Assembly: GCA_963514005.1 (NCBI GenBank)
Contig: OY740814.1
Span: forward strand, 3,782,001-3,846,000
Direction: 5' to 3'
DNA: 64,000 bases
Source: Raja brachyura
Taxonomy: Eukaryota
Under the pieces are notes generated by a model that was not told the DNA's origin, searched no databases, and worked only from the letters and a program-made list of their open reading frames with translations. The first letter of the stretch is position 1, and each line of letters opens with the position of its first letter. A program made the position numbers and the translations under genes. Below, piece by piece: positions 53,156-64,000 of the stretch.

Positions 53156-54576
53156 TTAGAAAAAGTGTAGGATTAAATATATGACACCCGCACTAGCATG
53201 GGACCTTTAATTAGAGAGCATAGGTTATGACCTGACCTGGTCATTGCATCTTGCAATACCGAAACCCAGCCCAGCAGACGCATATTATTACAGGCATCAA
53301 AGAAAGCACAAAGCACAGATATAGCAACCATTCACAGCCACATTTTACATAATACTTTTTGGCGTTTGTAAACTTAAACCAGATTTAGCCTGCACTGGCG
53401 AGCANNNNNNNNNNNNNNNNNNNNNNNNNNNNNNNNNNNNNNNNNNNNNNNNNNNNNNNNNNNNNNNNNNNNNNNNNNNNNNNNNNNNNNNNNNNNNNNN
53501 NNNNNNNNNNNNNNNNNNNNNNNNNNNNNNNNNNNNNNNNNNNNNNNNNNNNNNNNNNNNNNNNNNNNNNNNNNNNNNNNNAATGCCCACAAAACAGTGA
53601 GCTTGCTTCGTTGCACACCAGGCCTGACATTTTACAAATAGTAATAAATTAACTGCAATGGTAATGTCATCGATTGCTCCTGGTTGAGTAGGATCAAGTA
53701 GACTGAACAAACAAAATAAACCGCATAAAATTTAAAAGTGTTTCCAAGTCGGTCAGTAATTCAAGTATAAAAAAAGACTAAGAAAAATACTACTTCATAA
53801 AAGCTGGCATGTGTTAACTTAAAGCAAACACACAAAACGTCACCCTCACTTAAGCTCAGTGGCCTGAATATTGTTTTTCTCTAACTAGATGTTCACTTTC
53901 ATTTGATTAGTTTGGTTAAAAAAGACATTTTGGAAAGGCGTCGTTTTTATGTGTGAGGTAAGAATATATATATATAAAGGAAGTTTGGGTCACGACTCCT
54001 GCACTTGAAAAGGTCCAGGGAGTCCTCTAGATCCCCAGATCACTCTGACACAACAAGGAAGGGATTGTGGACCGCTTACTCACATAAACTGTTTTTTTTC
54101 TGTTTGCTGATATCAATCCTTGAACGCACTATGCCAGCTCTAGATGAGCGGCTGTGGTAATATTATAACTTAAGTGCAGCAATTCTGAACACAATATAAA
54201 TGGGAATGACTAACTGGAACACGTGAAAAATGAAATGTATATATAATAATTTACCCTCCTTCAATATTTACAACTGCACAGCATTTTTCTTTTAATAATA
54301 ATGTACATTCCCATGCAATGTGTTGGGGAATATGCAGCAATTGCTTATGCCACGGATCACTGCAAATGGTTAAAAAGATCACTGAGTGTTTTCATCATAT
54401 TTTAAAACTTATATTTTGCTCCAGAAAATGAAGACTCTTTTTTCCAGCCATTTCAATATTAAGGGGTATTATGTGGAGAGTGTATGCCAGCACTCTAAGT
54501 GCATGGAAAATGAGGCTGAATATTTGCCTGAATCTCCATTCTGATATGATATCATGGCTGTTTTGATTACAGATCA

Positions 54577-55182
<606 letters not shown>

Positions 55183-55935
55183 TCATTTTCAGACAGTTTT
55201 GCACACAATACACCCCCCCCCCCAAAAAAAAAATGCAAGAGCTGCCGCACACTGCCTTTTTGTTTAATAAATCTCACCTATGCCGCAACAGAATGGTGCA
55301 TATTTTAAACCACGACTGCATAAGCTAAGCCAAGCACCGCAATGCAATTTTGCTATGTCATTTCCCTAACGCGTGTACAAACTGATTAAATATTTTACAA
55401 CAATGGCTGATTTATTTTTCCTATCTGGACTTTGCAAACTGCTCCAACTTGCATGGTGCATTAGTAGCACCCTGCTCTCTTCTCCTGCGGTTGCGTGTGT
55501 AACCTAGCACATTTTACCAAATTAGATTACAATCAAAACATGCTTTCTATGGTTATTCTACANNNNNNNNNNNNNNNNNNNNNNNNNNNNNNNNNNNNNN
55601 NNNNNNNNNNNNNNNNNNNNNNNNNNNNNNNNNNNNNNNNNNNNNNNNNNNNNNNNNNNNNNNNNNNNNNNNNNNNNNNNNNNNNNNNNNNNNNNNNNNN
55701 NNNNNNNNNNNNNNNNNNNNNNNNNNNNNNNNNNNNNNNNNNNNNNATTTGCAAGAACACTTAACTGAGTTTCTCAACCATAAACTGCACAGACAGGCGG
55801 TAGCAATTGAGTGAAACATGCAAGCATGGTAGCCCATTTTAACTTTATAGAATCTAACATTTCAGCCTCTCTTTTTTAAGCTAGGTCGGCGGGTAAGAGC
55901 GGTTCAAACATTTGAAATAAATTAATTCTCAATAC

Positions 55936-56347
55936 CTTCCCGTCTCATGCCGACTTTCAGGCATTTTTTCAGGCGACAGTACTGACACTGATTGCGGTGG
56001 TGTTGGTCTATGGGGCAGGTCCTGTTGGCACGACATGTGTACGTCAAGTTTCTGCGCACACTTCTTTTAAAGAAACTCTTGCAGCCCTCGCAGGTGAACT
56101 GGCCGTAATGTTTGCCGCTCGACTTGTCCCCGCACACCACACACTCGATATGCTGCTGCTGTTTCTCGCTCTGCTGCTGGTTAGACTGGGCCGGCGTGCC
56201 CGGACCTCCAGGTTGGCCGGGGGTCTGCGGGGTAAGGGGTGCTCCAGAAGGCTGTTGCGGTCCTTGCTGAGGCGGAGGTGGCTGTGTGACTTGAGCTCCG
56301 GCCACGTCGTCTTGCGGGTCTCGCCACGTACTAACTACCATTGCCAT
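55936..56347 (-). CDS. NR2F2: NR2F2 coding exon 1, N-terminus and C4 zinc-finger DBD
   Basis: [13 protein letters not shown]...[31 protein letters not shown]; donor G|gtatt; 412 nt. The three exons total 1215 nt, giving 404 aa plus stop. Confidence 0.97.
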
Positions 56348-56861
56348 ATCTCGGGCAGAGTGTTATCAGGCAGCGAAAAAAAAAACAAAACAAAAAAAAC
56401 ACACACAAAAAGAACAGGTCTTGTCTTTTGGATCGGGGGTGGGGAGAAAATGAAGGAAGGAGAANNNNNNNNNNNNNNNNNNNNNNNNNNNNNNNNNNNN
56501 NNNNNNNNNNNNNNNNNNNNNNNNNNNNNNNNNNNNNNNNNNNNNNNNNNNNNNNNNNNNNNNNNNNNNNNNNNNNNNNNNNNNNNNNNNNNNNNNNNNN
56601 NNNNNNNNNNNNNNNNNNNNNNNNNNNNNCAGACCCGATCGGAAGAGAAGATTCGATTGTCGGGGGGCCACGACCAGGGCAACACGCAGTCAGCCATTCA
56701 GGAAACCCATCAAAAAAGGAAAAAGAGGGACGAAAGGTTAAAGACTGAAAGCAAAAAAAAGGCTCGACTCTCGCAGGCAGATGCACGAACCGGAGTACAA
56801 GTGACCGACCATCAACTGATCATAGATTCTTCGCCGTACCGGTAGTGCTGGAACTGCACAT

Positions 56862-56862
<1 letters not shown>

Positions 56863-56892
<30 letters not shown>

Positions 56893-56949
56893 CACACACG
56901 CACACACACACACACACACACGCACTCACACACACACACACACACGCAC
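56863..56949. repeat. (CA)n microsatellite within the inferred NR2F2 5' UTR
   Basis: Read directly from the sequence. Confidence 0.9.
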
Positions 56950-57187
56950 GATGAGAGTCAACAACTCGCCAGCGAAAAAGGACTACAAAAAAAAAGAGTC
57001 GACGTCGTGCAAAAAAAAAGGGAAGAGCTATGCAACCTCTCTCATGCGAGAAGAGGCAGGGAAATAAAGGAAGCGAGGAGATAATCAAACTGATCAAATA
57101 TGCAAAAGGGGTTGGAAGTGAATCCGATTTGAACGAGCGAGCTTGCGGAGTAATTTTTCTGAAAGGGGGAATCTGCGCGGATGGCTG

Positions 57188-57207
57188 TATATAGTGAACT
57201 TTGACAC
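57188..57207 (-). promoter_or_regulatory. NR2F2 core promoter: DR1 element abutting a TATA box
   Basis: Minus strand reads GTGTCA-A-AGTTCA-C-TATATA (DR1 57195-57207; TATATA 57188-57193), which places the TSS near 57160. Confidence 0.75.
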
Positions 57208-57244
57208 GACTATTCAAACTGACACGTTTCTATGGAGATGATTT

Positions 57245-57254
57245 CCTTATAAGG
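57245..57254. promoter_or_regulatory. Perfect CArG box (SRF consensus)
   Basis: CCTTATAAGG fits CC(A/T)6GG and lies ~55 bp upstream of the TATA box; a minus-strand CCAAT is at 57367-57371. Confidence 0.5.
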
Positions 57255-60200
57255 CGCTGCCGAGTGACGGAGCCAAGCGCCTGCTTCTGGCGACTGACAA
57301 TCAAAGCCGACTGGTCAGAGCTTTAGGTTCGAGGGGCTGGAACTTGTAGCACGCCCCCTGCACCGCATTGGATGGGCACCTTCCATATTATCTAACACAT
57401 CCTGGCCGCCAGCAAATTTACATGAAATCCATGCGCAGAGGGTGCACTTTGAAAAATAAGTTTCCCCCCCCCCCCAAAAAAAAATAAACCTCTTCTCCCC
57501 CCCCCACACTCCACGCCACAGACACCCCCAAACCTCCCTTCACTTTTTTCCTTTTCATTAAAAATAAATCTTCAAAGATGGGTTTTTTGATGGGTGCGAC
57601 GGTAGATTTTTCTTTAATAAATGCAACTTTCTCAAATGAGCTACCCACATATACAAATTAATACACAGATTATATTAAATCAACTAATAAAGGATATGAA
57701 ATTTAAAAGCAACAGCAAACTCATGCAACAGCAGACATTGAATATTCCCAATTACAATCATACATGCAAGCGCGCCTTGTGAGGGTGGAATTTTGAAATA
57801 TGAAGAGTATATTTGGCATTATTATTACTCCAGAGTTTACAATATGCCTACTATGTGTATACAATTTTGAAGGATTCTATGATAAGCCTAATGCTGCAAA
57901 TGTGTAAGGTCCGGCAAGACAAAATTATTACAGAAAAACGCATCATTTTTTTAAATCAAAGGCCGAAGTTGATGCTGAAGATGTAACATTAGCGACGATT
58001 GCTATGATATGAGTTGGGACATCCTAACGCTGGCTAGATTTTTTTTTTAGGAAACTTAATAAATGCGGCCAAATGCAACGAAGTGAAATAATGTCAGAAA
58101 TCAGCTGCGGTCAGTTTATGGGGAAGAATTGTTTCTGTACGTTCGACAAGGTGACTAGCCTTGGAAAAAAAAACCCATGAATACTCGAGAGAATCTCATT
58201 CATCTGATGAACCATTATTAATTCGGATAAATAACGCGTTAACTTTGAAATACTCAAGAGTGATAAAGAGCTTTGAAGAATGCATATAACTGATCAGCTA
58301 AATATATTGTAACATATAGGAAGACTGATATAGACATGAGGATATGTAGTTATGCATCAACATGCCCGAAACTATATGGAAGACGGACGATGCTTTAGAA
58401 TTGAGTTGTTCCGATATGATTTTCTTCCTAGTCTCCCAATATTAATGGATTTCAGTGTAGCATGTGTTTATTTTGGGGGAAAAATAGACATTCTCATTGA
58501 TGTCACATTAGGTACAGTGGTTACTCTGGACATGGGGCTGCTCTATTGGCAAAGCTACTGGAGTTAACTCGAATTAACTGACAGAATTTACTAATATTGT
58601 CGTGAGGAATATTCAAACTTACGTAAATTCAATGGTTTTTTGAGTGTCCAGTCGTCTTATAAGCAATATTTTAATGCAGCAATTAATACTTCCAGAAAAA
58701 TTATATAGTATACTAAATAACTGCATGGAATTGAATGGGTATGTATGAAGGAATAGGCATTATTGTCGGACGCTTGGTGCTATCAATAATCCACTCGCGC
58801 CCAATTGTATCTTCACATTTCACGGTACTTTAATTTAAAAAAAGTCTACAATTTAATACACACGCACTTTGAAGTACATGTCAGATGCATCCTTTACCCT
58901 TGATATGTCCGTTCAAAATTGATATAATCGTATGTATTACCGAGAATATTCAGAAATTCTCACCCCTGTCGATGCTCGCATTGTTACGCGGTTAATATAT
59001 AAAATAAGGAATTATGCCCGTCGAAGGATATAACGCACACACATGGGGACATTGCATTAAACAGGTGTTTACTTTGAAGTCCAATGGGTAGAATGTTAAA
59101 TACCGTTACTTGGAGGGAGGAACAATTTTCATCTCTCCTCTCCTCATCTATCACATATCTACCCGAATGCACACAATATTTGGGTACAGTTACCACTGTA
59201 GCCTCCCAGAGATTACTGGCAGGTGATAAAAAAATTACCTCCGTGTTTACTTGGAGTTAAATAACCCCCCTTTTCTTGAAATGACCAGTGCACAATTGTA
59301 CAGCAACTATGCTCACTTGGGTCGGTAAAGACACGGACACAAACCCTCTCGTTAAGCGGTCCGACAACATATATGTTGCAACTTACAGGAACATGTACGC
59401 GTGGTTTTAACTTCATCGGCTTCAAAGTGCCTGGGAAAATTATTAATTTAATTTGAGCAGATAGTTGACAGACTGGAGTGCACTGGGCGGTTAGTTTGGG
59501 GAAATGGGAAATTAAGATATTTTGTTAGTAATTAAACTCCAGCGTATCAACGTTATCCAGCCAAGGATGCGTGTTGCTAAGCGCTCATTTAAGAGGTGCA
59601 GGCAAAAGTTTGAAACACGTTTTCTGGTATAAAATTGAATCGCTGTTTAATATTTTTAATAAGACAGTAAGGATACACTTTATATGTTACTGTCAAAAGT
59701 AAGTTTGAGTTGTTCCGACACCAAACTAAAGAGACAATCAGAAACCAATCAGCGGAGTTTAAATAGTTTCCAAGGGATGAAGGTGTACAGGATTTGGTAA
59801 ATTAATATTGTGTTGCATGCCAACTGTGGCATATTTATTGAAACGTATTTCTACCACGAACTAGATGCCACTTATTGTCCAGTTGTTCTCTGATAACCAG
59901 CTAAATCTATTGAATTTGAGTTCCCTGTGAATTCACCCTGTCCCCCCCTCTCTCTTGCTCTCTCCCCCTCTCCCACCCTCCCTCTCCCTCTCTCTCTCTA
60001 CATCTCAACACAATGAATAGGGGAAAGTGGCTCCCATTGTGTCCCGGTGATCTCAAAGTCATTGCAGTTTTTAAGCGGTGACTTGTGGCACTTTGATAAC
60101 CGCCGGGAGCTGTCAGTGCAGCGGGCTTCTGAAAAATTTACAGTGTTAAATCGCAGCATATGCTGGAGAATTTGTCAAAATCTTGTACAGTATCCGGCTG

Positions 60201-61360
60201 CCACCTAGCGTATGGAGTGTCGCTATAGAAGTCCGGAGCTGAACAGCCATTCAAAGCGATCGCGGCGCCTCCTCGCTCACAACACGTCCTTTATATCCCG
60301 AAAAAAAACTTCTGCACCTTTAATATGATTAATTCTTTAGGATTTTTCTCTAATTGATTCGGACATTGCTGAGCGGGTCTGCGTGATCTCCGTCGCTTTG
60401 TTTTGTATAGATCTGCCTCTACGCTTGGGTTGACTTAAGTGCCAGGAATTGGTCTTATTTCCAAAACAACCGATTGCTAATTGACTTTTTTCCCCCTTCT
60501 AAAAACGGTTCATCTAAAACAGTAAAGCCAAGCCAAAATGATGCCGGCTCCTTCGCCCCTCAATAAATAAATATACATTTCCCACACAAAAATCATCAGA
60601 TGAGTATCTGGATCTAGATTAAAACGGTGAGTACCAATTTCTAATACACAGTTCAAATTAAATCTGTTGATTGTAGCAACGTTTTACTTGATAGATTTTG
60701 CGACGATTCAGTTCTTATTTCTTATATTGAGAGAAAAGTTGTTTTTAATGAGCTCGCCGGCGATATTCAACGTTGTAAATCAGACCACTATTACACAGCA
60801 ATTTAGCAATGATTGAAAAACAAATCTAATTCATTGAAACACGGGGTTAGAGGCGCTGGATTTTTGCGTACACGACTGGAACCTGGTTTAGAAAGATTCC
60901 AATCCCCTTGGTTTATTTCGGGGTTGGCGAGTATGCTTATTTCTGCTGGTCATTTTGCATATTTCCCAATATTACACTGTCGTGCGGCACAGTAATCCAT
61001 TCGCTGTTCAATTGGATCTCCGACCGGTGCTATCCATTTGGAAACACGTATATTAACTACCCGGAGCATAAGAACGGAGCGTTGGATTATCAAAATAATC
61101 AGAAAGAGAACCCGACCTTGATTTAATGATTTTTTGCCATTACACCTAGAAATAATTAAAGCAAAACTTTAATTGTTTAAACTGATATTCAATAGGCCAC
61201 AGATTAGAAGTATGTGTCGAAATTCAAAACCTGCTTCGTGTGAAAATAATATAGATTAATTAACACAGGTGTTTAAGAACGATAATGTTTTGAGCAAGAA
61301 AAACGTATTTCCCCCTCGATTAAGTAAACAAAAGTACATATATATTTATTAAAAACATAC

Positions 61361-61412
61361 CAAACATCATTGCTTGCAACTGTCTTTGTTCAGTGTCCGA
61401 AATTATTTGCAT
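61361..61412 (-). CDS. NR2F2: Putative alternative first coding exon of NR2F2 (DBD-less isoform)
   Basis: The ATG has A at -3. It encodes MQIISDTEQRQLQAMMF plus G|gtatgt; 52 nt, phase 1, in frame with exon 2. It resembles the human isoform b N-terminus as recalled (MQAVWDLEQGKYGF). Confidence 0.7.
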
Positions 61413-61645
61413 CGTGAAGGATTGGAGACTCCGCTGGACACAGGAAGTTGTGAATCTTGGCGGAACCGCGTTGGAAAGTACTGAGTGAGATGAATCTTTT
61501 TTTTCTGGCAGGTGAACTGAAGGAGGGCTAGTCTCCTCCTCACCTGATCAATTTGCCTATTGAAGAGAATCATTCATTTAATCGACCGTCATCTGTTTGC
61601 ACGACCGATAGTGTAAACTGATAAATAAAAACAAGGTTGCCTTTG

Positions 61646-61647
<2 letters not shown>

Positions 61648-61689
<42 letters not shown>

Positions 61690-61712
61690 GAGAGAGAGAG
61701 AGAGGGGGAGAG
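61648..61712. repeat. (GA)n microsatellite
   Basis: Read directly from the sequence. Confidence 0.95.
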
Positions 61713-64000
61713 GCTGATATAAATATTCAGAAAAAACAGGGAAGTACTTTCGATTTTCAATTTAACTTTCGCTCAGTCTTTACGTTTAAACTTTAAGGGC
61801 CTATCGATAATCGCTGACCTGCGGAAAAGTGCAGTGGGATGCGATGCGCGCCTTTTAAACCCCCGAGCCACTAATACCAATCTCCTGCGCAAATTCGCTC
61901 CTTTGCTCTGGTCAGTTCGGGTTTGTAAAAGTTTCCAATATATGGTTTTTTTTTTTGGGGGGGGGGGGGTTGGGTGTGGGGAGGGTGAAGGGGGGGGGGG
62001 CGGTTGAAGGTGATGGAAGGCCAAACGTACATGTCTCAGTTAAAAAACAAGAAATACGTTGCGACTATTTCAATAAGACAAGGAGAGGAGGGAATAAAAA
62101 AACATTAAATTACCATCAACACCCTAATCACCCCCCCTCTACCCGTCGCCTATAGTGGCTGATTTGTGTGGTTTCTGGAGTTTCGTGAACTTTATGTCAA
62201 AGTTAATTTATTCCTGCTATGTTTCTCCTATGAAGTTGTTTCAGACCCGGGGTATAAAAGTGAGCCATTCCCCCAAAGATTTTAACACCCCGCCCTACCC
62301 CATCAACGGCTTGCAGAAGAGTAAATAATTATTTGAGATTTGACGAGATCTGGTGATGGTTTGTGTCCAGTGTAAAATTATCTCCGTGTTTTCCAAAAGG
62401 GTATCTGTAGCTGGTGGAGAATCCTTCCAGCCCCAGGCCTTTGTCTTGGCAGAGTTGAGAGGGGATTGTGTGTGAGTCGTGTGAAAAGGACGGCCAGGGT
62501 CGCTTCAGATCGATTTTTATTTGTCCCCTCTGTCTTTTCGGATCAGCGCCCTTCAATGGACACATAGGCGCTCTTTCAAGAGAAAAATCTTGTGCAACAT
62601 TTCTGGCCTGATTGCAGCTCACCCTCCGTATTCTGGGGTTGGAATCTGCTGCAATTAAACCATTAAGTACATGTGCACTTCCAAGTCTTGCCAGTATTAG
62701 CCGCTCCACCACTTTTCCACACAGCCACTTCCAATGGCACAATAGATATCTCAAGCCACCCATCACATAGCCATTTCTGCTGGACATTATTATATACCTA
62801 TAGCATATACGGACAGCACAGTGCTTTAAAAAACTAATATTAGTGTGTTCAGAGGATGAAACTTGCCAAACGAAGGGGAACAATTTAAAGTATATTGAAT
62901 ATAAATCTCATCGTTAATATGGAACACTGGTTTAATTGTTGATAATATGACCACTGCTTATTTTGAAGGTGTTTCCTCTCTCTATACCTAACTGTGTTAA
63001 ATGTGTGTGACACTGAATTTGTTCATTGACTTGAGGTTAGATTGTGATAAGGCCAATTAATACGTGGAACGTATTATTTCTTTAATACGAAGCTAGAATG
63101 TATTTAATGTAACCATAACGGTTCGTTTGAGCCAAAAATAATGTTAAATATATTGAGTTAATACTTTAATTTAAAAAAAAAGTCAACAGCGACTGATTGT
63201 ATGGAATCAGGCGCAACATGTGAGACATTCAATAATTTAAGGTAGTTGTCAATGAGAGAACACACCAGGGCTGTTTGACAATGAACAACAACGCTAACAG
63301 CGCTGCAGTGGATATTAAATAATATCTCTTTAATTCCTAAGATGATTTTCAGCAGTCAAAATAATGACGGATGTGCGAACTTTATTCAATAGCGAAATTT
63401 TCAATAGTGAAAAATTACCTTTCGCAAATAACAATTTTAATAGCCAAATGCAGCATTGGCAGAAATAAACTCTAGACAATTTTATTTATTGGCCAATGCA
63501 TAGTCCTTGGAGTGCAGGGCGCCACTAAAATTAGGATCATTACCAATAGGCACTTGGATAAAGCTAATAGGTAGTAATCTATAGTGTCGCTTTGATAAGA
63601 TGCTCACATTTTTTTCATGACTGGAAAGTTGATGATAACAAGACAAACGGTTTATTATATATCGTGTCGCACTGAAGGTTTATTGGCGTGACTCAGGGGT
63701 TGAGGCGAGAAGAAATTGATCTTAACCGAGGAACAGAAAGAAAGAAAAAGGCTTGAAAGGTACACGTAGAGAACAGTAGACAATGGTTGTCTACAGATTA
63801 CAACATGCCGCCTATTGGGTCTTGTATCGATTGGGAGGGATGCTGAAGATGTCACCACACTAAATATTTACTGATCACACACAAATAACACGGGCATATC
63901 GATTGTTTTTCGCTGGTGAGAACGGAGCAAAGGGGTAAATCATTGTGTGTAAAGAGAGGTTTTAAAAGGCATGTTTCAGATGTGGGGATAACAGGATAAA

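Noticed and set aside
55997-56845. 282-aa plus-strand ORF
   Set aside because: It is the antisense shadow of GC-rich exon 1, extended by an N-gap.
62329-62883. 184-aa minus-strand ORF upstream of NR2F2
   Set aside because: Non-ATG start, no recognisable homology and no exon structure; more plausibly non-coding.

Overview
Eukaryotic vertebrate DNA, most likely from a cartilaginous fish (skate/ray). This is inferred from HE1-type V-SINEs, shark/ray-type CR1 tails and the NR2F2 sequence. The window has two halves. Bases 1 to ~26,100 are dense with transposon relics: CR1 and Rex1/Babar-like LINEs, HE1 SINEs, one full-length decayed Tc1 element, and about 20 Penelope-like (PLE) terminal-repeat fragments. 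Many of the PLE fragments carry a minimal hammerhead-ribozyme core, and several form palindromic insertions with target-site duplications (TSDs). Bases ~26,100-64,000 contain no transposon I could recognise. They hold the only host protein-coding gene, the nuclear receptor NR2F2/COUP-TFII, on the minus strand (3 coding exons, 404 aa). Around it are a TATA box abutting a DR1 element, uORFs and a long 3' UTR. About 5 kb upstream lies an alternative first exon, missed by the ORF track, that would encode a DNA-binding-domain-less isoform resembling mammalian NR2F2 isoform b. There are nine N-gaps (9413-9612, 28643-28883, 32345-32651, 41556-41756, 44308-44622, 50724-50851, 53405-53581, 55563-55746, 56465-56629). 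Repeat boundaries were judged by eye, family names come from recalled consensus features, and no searches were run.
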